This document shows positions 1 through 9,340 of a stretch of DNA of 64,000 bases, piece after piece; position 1 is the stretch's first letter; each line of letters starts with the position of its first letter. The stretch spans positions 11,879 through 75,878 of the forward strand of contig CACXMA010000009.1 of the NCBI GenBank assembly GCA_902768665.1, in the 5' to 3' direction. A program made the position numbers and the translations under genes. The notes under the pieces are model-generated. The model did no database searches, was not told the DNA's origin, and was given only the letters and a program-made list of their open reading frames with translations. Source of the stretch: an uncultured Bacteroidia bacterium. Its GTDB lineage: Bacteria; Bacteroidota; Bacteroidia; Bacteroidales; UBA932.

Positions 1-2237
1 TACAGCGCGGAAATCCGCTCGACGTCGGGCTTGGCACCGACCACCCAGAGAATGTCGCCTTTCGCGAAGGGGACGTTCGGGTCAGGCACACGGAGCGCGC
101 CGTCGGGGCCCTCGACGCCGGCAATGAGGCAGTGGTAGTTGGCGCGGAAACCGGCGTCACGCACGGTCTGGCCGAGGAACGGCGAGGCCGCTCCGATCTT
201 TACCAGCGACAGGGTGACCTCCTCGTCCGCATCGGGCGAAACGGTATGGGCATGGTGACCCTCCAGCGCAGCCGCAAAGGCCTCCAGCTCGGCGTCGTTG
301 CCGATCACGCGGATATGGTCCTGCGGATAGAGGCAGTCGTGGGCGGAAGGGATGCGGATGCGGACGTCGCCGCGGTGGATGGAGACGACATGGACGCCGT
401 ATTTCTGGCCGAAGCCGAGCTCCATCAGCGTCTTGCCGGCAAGAGGCGTATCGCCGGGCAGGTCGAAGTCCGCCAGGTGCAGGTCCTTCGACAGGAGCCG
501 GCTCTCGACGACGGAGCGGCGCTCTCCGGCATTTTCCTCCCGGGCGCGCATGTTGGCGTTGAATGTTTCCTCGATGCGCTTGGACTGGCGATGGAGGAAA
601 CGGTTCGTCAGGATGAGGGCGACCAGCGACAGGGCCAGCACCGACACAAGGAAGCCGGAGAAATGGAAGAAGTGGCCCAGCACGGCCACGATGAAGCCCA
701 GGCCGATGGCGATCCGGATCACGACCGAAGCCACGAGCGGGGCGCGGTTGACGCGGTTCTCATGCCACAGGCGCATGAACGGCAGCGAACGCAGGCCGTG
801 GATCATCATGGTCCGAAGGAACGGCGCGATCAGCAGAATCACCGCCGCAGCGGAGAGCAGACGTCCCCAGACGCCGGGGATATCGAGGATCACCGGCACG
901 AGGAAACGGTAGCTGAGGGTGATGATGGCGACGACGAGGATGAGGTTGACGACCGTCGTCTTGATGATGTCGAGAAGGTATTTCTTCCAGTCGCTGCTGT
1001 CGCTGCCGACCAGGGCGGAACCGGTGTTGTAGCGGTTGAGGAAGGCCTTGGTCTTCTCGGGCAGGTGGCGGTCCAGCCAGGCGTAGGCAGGCTCGGCGAG
1101 ACGGATCATGTAGGGGGTCAGGAAGATGGTGATGACCGACACCGCCACCACGACCGGGTAGAGGAAGTCGCTCGTAACCCCGAGGCTGACGCCGAGCGAG
1201 GCGATGATGAAGGCGAATTCGCCGATCTGCGTCAGGGAGAAGCCGCACTGGAGGGCCGTCTTCAGCGGCTGGCCGGAGAGCAGCACGCCGAGGGTCGCGA
1301 AAGTCGCCTGGCCGACGATGACCGTCAGCGTGATGACGAGGATCGGGAGCCAGTAGGCGGCGATCATGGCCGGGTCCACCATCATGCCGACGGAGACGAA
1401 GAAGATCGCGCCGAAAAGGTCCTTGACCGGCTTGACGAGGTGGTCAATATGCTCCGCCTCGACCGTTTCCGCGAGAATCGAACCCATGATGAAGGCGCCG
1501 AAGGCCGCGGAAAAGCCCGTCTTGGCGGCGACCACGACCATGCCGAAGCAGAGGCCGAGGGCGACGATCAGCAGGGTCTCGTCGTTCATCAGCTTGCGGG
1601 TGTGCTTCAGGATCAGCGGAATCAGGAAAAGGCCCACCGAGAACCACAGCACGAGGAAGAAGGCGAGCTTGAGGATGCTGCGGAGCATCTCCCCTCCCTC
1701 GAGGCTGTTCGACACGGCCATCGTCGACAGGAGGACCATGAGCACGACGGCGAGAATGTCTTCCAGGATCAGGATGCTGAGCACCAGGCCAGTGAATTTC
1801 TTCTGCCGCAGCCCCAGGTCGTCGAAGGCCTTGTAGATAATGGTCGTCGAGGACATGGCGATCATGCCGCCGAGGAAGATGGAGTCCATCCGGGACCAGC
1901 CGGAGGCCTTTCCGACCGTAAATCCGAGGAAGATCATGCCGATGATGATGGTCAGCGCCGCGATGATGGCGGGGCCGCCGACCTTGAGGATCTTCTTGAT
2001 GCTGAACTCGAGCCCCAGCGCGAAGAGGAGGAAGATCACGCCGATGTCCGCCCAGAGGTGGACGTTAGCTCCGTCCGTCACCGAGGGCAGGAAGGAGAAA
2101 TGCGGGCTGGCGAGGAAGCCGGCCACGATGTAGCCGAGCACGAGGGGCTGCTTGAGTTTTTTGAATACGAGGGTCATCAGACCGGCGCAGATCAGGATCA
2201 GCGCAAGGTCAGACAGAAGGGGGGCCAGTTCAGACAT
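1..2237 (-). CDS. CPA2-family cation:proton antiporter with C-terminal TrkA-C domains (runs off the left window edge)
   Basis: Read manually on the minus strand from ATG 2237: MSELAPLLSDLALILICAGLMTLVFKKLKQPLVLGYIVAGFLASPH..., with GEFAFIIA and GAFIMG motifs; absent from the ORF track because its stop lies outside the window. Confidence 0.85.
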   Translation of the reverse strand, partial: MSELAPLLSDLALILICAGLMTLVFKKLKQPLVLGYIVAGFLASPHFSFLPSVTDGANVHLWADIGVIFLLFALGLEFSIKKILKVGGPAIIAALTIIIGMIFLGFTVGKASGWSRMDSIFLGGMIAMSSTTIIYKAFDDLGLRQKKFTGLVLSILILEDILAVVLMVLLSTMAVSNSLEGGEMLRSILKLAFFLVLWFSVGLFLIPLILKHTRKLMNDETLLIVALGLCFGMVVVAAKTGFSAAFGAFIMGSILAETVEAEHIDHLVKPVKDLFGAIFFVSVGMMVDPAMIAAYWLPILVITLTVIVGQATFATLGVLLSGQPLKTALQCGFSLTQIGEFAFIIASLGVSLGVTSDFLYPVVVAVSVITIFLTPYMIRLAEPAYAWLDRHLPEKTKAFLNRYNTGSALVGSDSSDWKKYLLDIIKTTVVNLILVVAIITLSYRFLVPVILDIPGVWGRLLSAAAVILLIAPFLRTMMIHGLRSLPFMRLWHENRVNRAPLVASVVIRIAIGLGFIVAVLGHFFHFSGFLVSVLALSLVALILTNRFLHRQSKRIEETFNANMRAREENAGERRSVVESRLLSKDLHLADFDLPGDTPLAGKTLMELGFGQKYGVHVVSIHRGDVRIRIPSAHDCLYPQDHIRVIGNDAELEAFAAALEGHHAHTVSPDADEEVTLSLVKIGAASPFLGQTVRDAGFRANYHCLIAGVEGPDGALRVPDPNVPFAKGDILWVVGAKPDVERISAL

Positions 2238-3123
2238 AGGCGGCAGGTTTTCGGGTCGTCTCCCGGGCGGCACGGACTTCCTTCATCTGCCGGCGCAGGG
2301 AGCGATGATACTTCAGCGGCTGCAGGGAGCCGTATTTCAGGGTTTTGACCAGGGTGAAGAGCAGCACGTAGAGGCGGCGCTCCCACAGCGGGCGGCGGAT
2401 GTCCAGCAGGCGCACCAGCGAGCCCATATAATAATTGCGATAGATCAGTCTGTCTTTCGGCTCCCGGCGCCCGGCCCGGTCGTGGATGCCCCGGGCCGCA
2501 GTGACGTAGCCGATCTTGTAGCCGTGACAGGCGGCGCGGTCGCACCAGTTGTCGTCCTGCCCGTAGAGGGGCAGGAGCGGCTCGAAGAGGCCGACCTTGC
2601 GGAGCGCCTCGCAGCTGACGAGCCAGTGGGCGGCCATCACCCGCGGCACCTGACGGACGGTACCCTGCGGATCCGGACGGCCTTTCGGGAGGACGTCGCG
2701 GGCGAAGGCAGGGTCGTAATGTTCCCCGTCGCCGCTCATCTGCAGCGGGCTCAGCACCGCATAACCGGGCAAGCGCTTCATCGCGCCGAGCAGCTGCGTC
2801 AGCATGCCGGGGCAGGGCCAGGCGTCCTGGTTCAGCAGATATACATAGTCGTATCCGTGCTCCAGGGCATAGCGGAAGCCGGCGTTGTTGCCCTCGGCAA
2901 AACCGATGTTCTTTGGGTTGCTCTCGATGACGGCAAGCGGCCAGAGCTGCTGCCAGGCCATCCAGCCCCGGTCCTCTTCCGGGGCGTTGTTGAAGATATA
3001 GAGGTCCAGATGCTCGATGAGGCGCTGATCCCGCAGCTCCTGCTCCGCACTTCGGAGCGCCCCGCTCACCTTTTCGATCCAGGGTGCGCCGAAATAATTG
3101 AGGATGATGACCAGTACCTTCAT
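2230..3123 (-). CDS. GT2 glycosyltransferase (rhamnosyltransferase-like)
   Basis: MKVLVIILNY start, NIGFAEGNNAG, YLLNQDA (DxD-like), YGQDDNW motifs. Confidence 0.85.
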   Translation of the reverse strand: MKVLVIILNYFGAPWIEKVSGALRSAEQELRDQRLIEHLDLYIFNNAPEEDRGWMAWQQLWPLAVIESNPKNIGFAEGNNAGFRYALEHGYDYVYLLNQDAWPCPGMLTQLLGAMKRLPGYAVLSPLQMSGDGEHYDPAFARDVLPKGRPDPQGTVRQVPRVMAAHWLVSCEALRKVGLFEPLLPLYGQDDNWCDRAACHGYKIGYVTAARGIHDRAGRREPKDRLIYRNYYMGSLVRLLDIRRPLWERRLYVLLFTLVKTLKYGSLQPLKYHRSLRRQMKEVRAARETTRKPAAYV

Positions 3124-3183
3124 AAGTATACAAATATACAAAGGATAATTGGATTTTGCAGAAAATATCACTACCTTGGTCCT

Positions 3184-4464
3184 ATGAGAGACAAAAAGCT
3201 GATCGGGGAAAAGTATCTCCTGCCCTTTATCGTCATCACCTCCCTCTTTGCGCTGTGGGGCTTTGCAAACGACATCACCAACCCCATGGTGGCGGCGTTC
3301 CAGACGATGATGGAGATCTCCGCGGCCAAGGCGGCGCTGATCCAGTTCGCCTTCTACGGCGGTTACGCCACCATGGCCATCCCCGCGGCCCTATTCGTGC
3401 GGAGGTACTCCTACAAGAGCGCCATCCTCCTCGGGCTCGGCCTCTATGCCACCGGCGCCTTCCTATTCATCCCGGCCGCGGCCTACCAGCAGTTCGGTTT
3501 CTTCTGCCTCTCGCTCTACATCCTGACCTTCGGCCTGGCCTTCCTCGAGACGACGGCCAATCCATTCATCCTCTCGCTCGGCGACAAGGAGAGTTCGACG
3601 CGCCGGCTCAATCTCGCCCAGGCGTTCAACCCCCTCGGCTCGCTCTGCGGCATGGCCGTGGCCTCGTTCCTCGTGCTGCCGAACCTGCTTTCCGACCGGC
3701 GCGACGCCGCGGGACAGGTCGTTTTCAGCTCGCTGTCCGATGCGGAGAAGGCCGACATCCGGCTCCATGACCTCGCCGTCATCCGCGACCCTTACGTCAT
3801 TATCGGCATCGTGGTGCTCGCCGTGCTCCTTGTCATCGCCCTGACGCCGATGCCCCGGGTGCAGGGCGAGACCGGCCGCCGCCCGATGCGGCAGACGCTC
3901 GGGAACCTCCGCCGCAACCGCCTCTACCGCGAGGGCGTCGTGGCGCAGCTTTTCTATGTGGCCGCGCAGATCATGGTGTGGACCTTCATCATCCAGTACG
4001 CCGACAACCTCGGCATCGACAAGGCCACGGCCCAGCGCTACAACATCGTCGCCATGGTCCTCTTCCTCTGCGCCCGCTTCCTCGCAACGGGCCTGATGCG
4101 CTTTGTGGATTCGCGGAGGCTCTTGACCTTCTTCGCCTTAGGCGCGGGCCTGTGCTCGCTCGGAGCCGTCTGCATCGTGGGGGTGGCGGGCCTTTGGTGC
4201 CTTGTCGGGATCAGCTTTTTCATGTCGCTGATGTTCCCGACCATCTATGGTATCGCCTTGGAAACGGTGGATCCCGAGGACACGAGTCTCGGCGCCGCGT
4301 TTCTTGTCATGGCCATCGTGGGCGGAGCGCTGATGCCGCCGCTGCAGGGCATGATCATCGACCTCGGCACCGTCGCCGGGCATCCCGCCGTCAACGTCTC
4401 CTACCTGCTGCCCTTCGCCTGCTTCGTGCTCATCGGCCTCTACGGCCTCCGGGCCCGACGGTAA
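3184..4464 (+). CDS. fucP: L-fucose:H+ symporter-family MFS permease
   Basis: ITSLFALWGFAND, FLETTANPFI, RRLNLAQAFNPLG, SLMFPTIY, MAIVGGA; start at ATG 3184. Confidence 0.85.
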   Translation: MRDKKLIGEKYLLPFIVITSLFALWGFANDITNPMVAAFQTMMEISAAKAALIQFAFYGGYATMAIPAALFVRRYSYKSAILLGLGLYATGAFLFIPAAAYQQFGFFCLSLYILTFGLAFLETTANPFILSLGDKESSTRRLNLAQAFNPLGSLCGMAVASFLVLPNLLSDRRDAAGQVVFSSLSDAEKADIRLHDLAVIRDPYVIIGIVVLAVLLVIALTPMPRVQGETGRRPMRQTLGNLRRNRLYREGVVAQLFYVAAQIMVWTFIIQYADNLGIDKATAQRYNIVAMVLFLCARFLATGLMRFVDSRRLLTFFALGAGLCSLGAVCIVGVAGLWCLVGISFFMSLMFPTIYGIALETVDPEDTSLGAAFLVMAIVGGALMPPLQGMIIDLGTVAGHPAVNVSYLLPFACFVLIGLYGLRARR

Positions 4465-4528
4465 TTCCCTCTCTCCCGATTTCGAAGGAGAGAAGGCGCA
4501 AAAAAGCCGGAAAATGCTGCCTCTCCGC

Positions 4529-5647
4529 CTATTTTGAAGGAGAGAGGGAGCGGTAGAGAGAGAGGATGCGGGCTCCGTATGTATCCGTAGAGAAAGTCGC
4601 GGCCGCATAATCCGCCGCAGCGCGCACCTGCGCCTCCGGGAAATCGCTCACGACGGCCCTGAGGGCGGCTGCCGCCTGCTCAGGTGTATCATAGAGGCTG
4701 CCGTGGAGGCCCTCCGCGAGCACATCGCGCGAGCCGCCGGAACCGCGGGCAATGACCGGGCATCCATAGAACAGCGCTTCGACGGCGACACGCCCCATGC
4801 CCTCATAGGCCGTGCAGACAAGAACGGCAGCGGCGCGGCTCAGAAGCGCACGCACATCCGCCGTAAACGGCCGGAATTCAACGCGTTCCGAGGCGCCGAG
4901 TGCCTCCGCCAGCGCCAGCAGCTTCCGGCGATAGCCGTCTTCCACCTCCCCTGCCAGCACCAACTTATACGGCTCCGGCAGCGCAGCCCGGGCGAAAATC
5001 TCAATGGCCTCGTCCGGCCGCTTGTGCGGCGCCAGCGTCCCGGCAAGGAAAACCACCTCCGGGGCCTTCGGAAGCACGAGGACCGCCGCAGAAGCCGGCA
5101 GCACCGCATCGGGGATGCACAGCGCGGCAGGCAAACCCAAATGCCCCAAGAGCCCCGGGGTAATGGCGACGACAGCGTCGGAAGAGAGCAATTTGCGGCG
5201 CCAGGCTCCTGCGGAAGGGAAAAAGCGCAAACCGAGGCCTGTGTCGGGGTATTCGCGGATGTGCCAGACGTGCGGCACGCCGAGGGCCTTTGCGATGCGG
5301 GGGCCGATGTCGACCGTCGCGGAATTGGAATGCACGAGATCCACCTTCCCGACCTGGCGGCGGACCCGGCGGACGCAGCGCCGCTGGGTGACGGCACGGG
5401 CAAAAAAGTGCGGCAGCCAGCGAAGAACGCGGCTTAGCCCCTTAGCCTGGAAACTGGCGCGATAGTATGGAACGACCAGGCAGCGGTAGCCGAGCGCCGC
5501 GAAACGGTCCCGGACGGGGCCGGCCTCCCGGAAGAGCAGGATCGGCTCCACCGCGTCCCCCACGCAGGAAAGAAGCGTCTCCAGCGACAGGGACGAACCG
5601 CCGATCTGGCGGTCCTCGTTGGTGATATAAAGGACGCGGAGACTCAT
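4529..5647 (-). CDS. GT4 glycosyltransferase
   Basis: VWHIREY, EGMGRVAVEALFYGCPVI (E-X7-E motif). Confidence 0.9.
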   Translation of the reverse strand: MSLRVLYITNEDRQIGGSSLSLETLLSCVGDAVEPILLFREAGPVRDRFAALGYRCLVVPYYRASFQAKGLSRVLRWLPHFFARAVTQRRCVRRVRRQVGKVDLVHSNSATVDIGPRIAKALGVPHVWHIREYPDTGLGLRFFPSAGAWRRKLLSSDAVVAITPGLLGHLGLPAALCIPDAVLPASAAVLVLPKAPEVVFLAGTLAPHKRPDEAIEIFARAALPEPYKLVLAGEVEDGYRRKLLALAEALGASERVEFRPFTADVRALLSRAAAVLVCTAYEGMGRVAVEALFYGCPVIARGSGGSRDVLAEGLHGSLYDTPEQAAAALRAVVSDFPEAQVRAAADYAAATFSTDTYGARILSLYRSLSPSK

Positions 5648-6585
5648 CCCTTCAGCGCCTTTTCAAGGAACTGCTTCGCATCGGCCAGGCCCTGCTCCGG
5701 GTCCGCCTTCAGCGCGTCAAAACGGGGGTCGAGCGGGTCCGAAACGAGTGTCAGGGGCCGCTGGAAAACGCCGGCGAAAACGGCGCCGTGGAAGGAAGAA
5801 GTCACGATATGCTCGGCGCCGTGCAGCATTGTCAGCACCTTTCGGGGACTCGCGGCGATATGGCGGCGGAGATAGAGACTCGGACGGTTGGAGAGGATCT
5901 TGAGCGGCAGCTGCATCTTGGCGGCTTTCCAGCGGGCGGAATCGAGGACCTCATGCTCGCGGATCATCGGATAGGCCAGGATATAGCGACGCCGGCGGGC
6001 GCGTTTAAGCAGCGGCTCCCAGGTCTGCGGCGGGGCCATCAGGGTCGGATCCGGCAGCAGGGTGCTGCCCGGGAAAAGGTCCTGCAGCGGCTTTTCACGC
6101 ACGCTGATGGCGGTAAAACGCTCCTTGATGGCGGCGACCGCCTCTTCCGAAAGCGTCGACGGGCCGGCACTGGCCACCCACGAAATCACCGGAACGCCCT
6201 TGGGGAGCTTCAGACCCGTATAGACAGGGTCCATGCCACCGGTCTGCCCGGCGTTCCAGACCTGGTCGGAGCCGACGAGATAGGCGTCGACCTTCTCGCC
6301 GAACGGCCGCAGCGGCAGATAATGCCGGCGGAACCAGCGGAAACGGATGGCGCGGGCGGCGCGCCGGATGCAAAGCGGCAGGAACTTCAGGACATACAGT
6401 TTCTCGTGGCGGAAACGGTTCGCATCCCAGTAGAGGACGCGGCCGTTACGCTCGACGGTCGGATTGCGATAGTCAAGGACAACGGGCTCGTGCCCCATTT
6501 CCTTGAGAATCTGCACGCTGGCATAAGCCTGCAGCACAGCCCCGTAGTTCCAGGGATAGTGGAAAGTCAGAATACCGATTTTCAT
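5644..6585 (-). CDS. Polysaccharide pyruvyl transferase family protein
   Basis: MKIGILTFH..NYGAVLQAYA, GSDQVWN, ISVRE, TSSFHG motifs. Confidence 0.9.
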   Translation of the reverse strand: MKIGILTFHYPWNYGAVLQAYASVQILKEMGHEPVVLDYRNPTVERNGRVLYWDANRFRHEKLYVLKFLPLCIRRAARAIRFRWFRRHYLPLRPFGEKVDAYLVGSDQVWNAGQTGGMDPVYTGLKLPKGVPVISWVASAGPSTLSEEAVAAIKERFTAISVREKPLQDLFPGSTLLPDPTLMAPPQTWEPLLKRARRRRYILAYPMIREHEVLDSARWKAAKMQLPLKILSNRPSLYLRRHIAASPRKVLTMLHGAEHIVTSSFHGAVFAGVFQRPLTLVSDPLDPRFDALKADPEQGLADAKQFLEKALKG

Positions 6586-7796
6586 AGCTTGATTCCTGCT
6601 TTGCGGGCCCATCGCCGCAGACGGATGCCGATGGCGCCAGGCCGGCAGCGCCGAAGGGCGACGGAGTAACCTCTGCGAAGATACGTATTTTCAAACAAAT
6701 CCGCACCATCCTTTGGAGTAGAAGGCGCAAGAAAATTCGCTTGCATCACCTTTTCCAGCGCGACCGGCCGCCTTTCGACACGCTCAGCGGGGAAATCCGC
6801 GGCAAACGCCTTTCCCTCAGGCGTATTGCACAGCAGCAGCGAGCAGCCGCGATTGTCGTCCGCGAAGCCCGGCAGTGCTTTCTCGACGCCCCAGCAGTCC
6901 GCCATCGTCAGGTCCGACACGCGCTGCACGCTGGCATAGGGACAGACCGTACAGGAAGGCCGCAGCATGAGGTGGCGGTAGAAAAGCTCCGTGAACTCAC
7001 CGCTGACGCGTTTTTCGTCACCGAAAAAAAGCGCCTCCTTGTGCTCGTGCCACCCGAGCGAAGGATCCCGGAACAGCACCCGGGTCAGCTTCTTTCCCTG
7101 ACGCCGCTGCTGCTCGGCAAGATAGTCCCGCCAGACACTGGGGGCCGGGACGCCATGACAGAGGATATCCGCCAGCAACAGGCGGTCGCGGTAATTCCGG
7201 CAGAGGCTGCCGACGCCCGCGCACTGGCAGGGCGTTCCCGTAAAGAGCACCCGCCGGCCGGCCTTCAGGTCTTCCAGCACCGGCTGCGGATCCAGCTCGC
7301 TCTGGACATATTTGCTCAGCCGCAGCGGCTCCAGTTCCTCTTCGCACTCCACCCTCCGGTGGCGCACCGCGAAATCCGCGTCAATGGCAGCACCATACAC
7401 GACCATTCCGCCGCGCACCGCCTTTCGCATCAGCGCAAAGGCCAGTCCCCCGCTCTGGCTGCGGTCCATCAGCGCCGGAAAGCGGATCGCCTCGGCGCCA
7501 CCTTCGCCGCAAACCGGAGTGGCAAAAGGGTGAAGCGGGCGTGCCGTCCGCACAGGACCGAGGGAGGGGGAACGAAGTTCGCCCACGAGATTTCGACCGC
7601 TGAGCCCTTTTGCCCGGAGGTTGGAGGAGAAGGCACAGACATCCTCGCAGCGATGGCAGTCCACGCAGCGGTCCATGTCGACGCGGGGATAGCGGAATCC
7701 CATGCCGTCGGGGACCATGGTAATGGCTCCGTGGGGGCAGACCGCGGCACAGGCGCCGCAGCCGCAGCAGTCTTTTCTGTCGGCAAGGCGGATCAT
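6582..7796 (-). CDS. 4Fe-4S / coenzyme F420 hydrogenase beta-subunit (FrhB-like) protein
   Basis: CCGCGACAAVCP..CVDCHRCEDVC ferredoxin, SQSGG, SKYVQS, GTPCQ, CHGVP, LRPSCTVC, DCWG; ATG 7796 overlaps the flippase stop. Confidence 0.85.
   Translation of the reverse strand: MIRLADRKDCCGCGACAAVCPHGAITMVPDGMGFRYPRVDMDRCVDCHRCEDVCAFSSNLRAKGLSGRNLVGELRSPSLGPVRTARPLHPFATPVCGEGGAEAIRFPALMDRSQSGGLAFALMRKAVRGGMVVYGAAIDADFAVRHRRVECEEELEPLRLSKYVQSELDPQPVLEDLKAGRRVLFTGTPCQCAGVGSLCRNYRDRLLLADILCHGVPAPSVWRDYLAEQQRRQGKKLTRVLFRDPSLGWHEHKEALFFGDEKRVSGEFTELFYRHLMLRPSCTVCPYASVQRVSDLTMADCWGVEKALPGFADDNRGCSLLLCNTPEGKAFAADFPAERVERRPVALEKVMQANFLAPSTPKDGADLFENTYLRRGYSVALRRCRPGAIGIRLRRWARKAGIKL
7521..7614 (-). repeat. 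Palindromic element inserted in-frame in the FrhB-like gene
   Basis: GGCAAAAGGG (7521-7530) / CCCTTTTGCC (7605-7614) inverted ends, inner AGCGG/CCGCT; encodes an atypical ~30-aa linker. Confidence 0.6.
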
Positions 7797-9310
7797 CGGC
7801 GGCGAAGGATTTGGCGGCGCTCGTCGGCATCCAGCCCGAGGGCGAAGATGCAGACGGCGGTCCAGAGGACGGTCGCTCCGGCATGGACGAGGAAACCCCA
7901 CCAGCAGCCAAGCGGAAGCGCCTCCATCAGCAGCCAGGGCACGGCGGCGGCCGCGGCGGCGACCACCACCTCCCGGCCGAGCACGTCGCGAAGGAAGCGT
8001 CCGACCGGCAGGCCGATCATCCGGCGCAGCATATAGAGGCGTGCACAGAGGCACAGGACGGCAATGGCGATGGCGACAACCCAGATGCAATGGGCGGGCG
8101 CACCGGCGCGAAGAAGCAGGTAGTCCACCGGCAGGTTGAGCAGCTGGAGACCGCCGACAAGAAGCTGATAATCACGGATTTTTCCGGTTGCCAGCATAGC
8201 GGTCACCATCGTATAGGAGACGGCCTCAACGGTAAGGTAAATAAGGACGAGGCGGATAAAGAGCACGGTCCCCGCCGGCACCTCCGTCAGCCAGAGGTCC
8301 ACGAGAAACGGCGCGTTGAACTCCACCGGCAGCACGACGAGGAGCAGCAGCCAGACGCTGATGCGGGAGCCGCGGAAAACGAGCCGGAACATATAGTCCC
8401 GCTCCCCTGCCGCATAGGATTTGGTAATCTGCGGGTTGAGGGCGGTGGTAAAGGAGGTGACGAATTTCTGGACGGCGCCGCTCACCTGTGCGGCCAGTCC
8501 CCAGGCGGCGTTGGCGGCGGTGCCGAAGAAGAGGTTCAGCAACTGGTTGCCGCCCTGGTCCCGGAGGATGCCGGAGCCCGAGCCGATGAAGTTCCAGCCC
8601 GCAAAGGCGAACATCTCCCGAAACAGCGGCCGGTCCAGCGACAGGCGGTAATGTGCCTCGGGGAAATGCCGGCGGCAGAAAAGGCCGTACAGCAGCCGTG
8701 TAACGAAGCTGACGGCCACCAGCAGCGCGGCATACAGCACCAGCCGGTCCCCGTCGGAAACGGCGATGGCATAAGCCACGGCGAGCTTGCCGCAGCCTTC
8801 GAAAAGGCTGATCCAGGCGAAGGCGCCCATGCGCTCGTGGGCGATGATGGCGGCATTGTACGGCACGCTGACAAGCTGGATGCCGAGCGAAAGGAGGGAC
8901 AGTTGCAGCACCAGGCGCGCCGCCGGGATCCGCTCCGGCGCAAGCACCATCTTATGGGAGATCCACCAGAGTCCGGCGGGGTCCGCCAGCACGGCGATCA
9001 GCAGAAACAGCAGCAGCTGGATGCAGACGGCCGTCCCGAAGATTTTCCGGAGCCGCTCCGTCTCGCCCCGGCCGAGCTCAAAGGTCAGGAAACGGCTGAT
9101 GGCGGTCGAGAGCGAGGCGGTCAGCACCGTAAAAAGGGCCACAAACCCAGCCACAGCGCTGTAGATACCGAAATCGTCCGTCCCGAGACTCCGCAGCACG
9201 ACGCGCGAGGTCACGAGCCCGACGCCCATCAGCAAGAGCATACGGAAATAGAGAAGGACCGTATTGCGTGCGATCCTTCTGCTTCTTTCCGATATGTTCT
9301 CTACTGTCAT
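7793..9310 (-). CDS. Wzx/MATE-like polysaccharide flippase
   Basis: RIARNTVLLYFRM, LGTDDFGIY, IIAHERM, FAGWNFIG; many TM helices. Confidence 0.85.
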   Translation of the reverse strand: MTVENISERSRRIARNTVLLYFRMLLLMGVGLVTSRVVLRSLGTDDFGIYSAVAGFVALFTVLTASLSTAISRFLTFELGRGETERLRKIFGTAVCIQLLLFLLIAVLADPAGLWWISHKMVLAPERIPAARLVLQLSLLSLGIQLVSVPYNAAIIAHERMGAFAWISLFEGCGKLAVAYAIAVSDGDRLVLYAALLVAVSFVTRLLYGLFCRRHFPEAHYRLSLDRPLFREMFAFAGWNFIGSGSGILRDQGGNQLLNLFFGTAANAAWGLAAQVSGAVQKFVTSFTTALNPQITKSYAAGERDYMFRLVFRGSRISVWLLLLVVLPVEFNAPFLVDLWLTEVPAGTVLFIRLVLIYLTVEAVSYTMVTAMLATGKIRDYQLLVGGLQLLNLPVDYLLLRAGAPAHCIWVVAIAIAVLCLCARLYMLRRMIGLPVGRFLRDVLGREVVVAAAAAAVPWLLMEALPLGCWWGFLVHAGATVLWTAVCIFALGLDADERRQILRRR

Positions 9311-9340
9311 TTCGACCGAGCGAAGCGAGTGGAGAAATCT
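9305..9340. repeat. REP-like GTCA...ATCT palindromic element filling the glnS-flippase gap
   Basis: TGTCATTTCGACCGAGCGAAGCGAGTGGAGAAATCT; same GTCA/ATCT ends as the 27.4, 57.6 and 59.7 kb elements. Confidence 0.6.

Noticed and set aside
132-2348. Long plus-strand ORF, and similar antisense ORFs such as 31164-34097, 41141-43681, 60527-62557
   Set aside because: Shadow frames of GC-rich genes on the opposite strand; no motifs
4466-4549. 11-bp inverted repeat (TCCCTCTCTCC/GGAGAGAGGGA) between convergent fucP and GT4
   Set aside because: Low complexity, long loop, one arm inside the coding sequence
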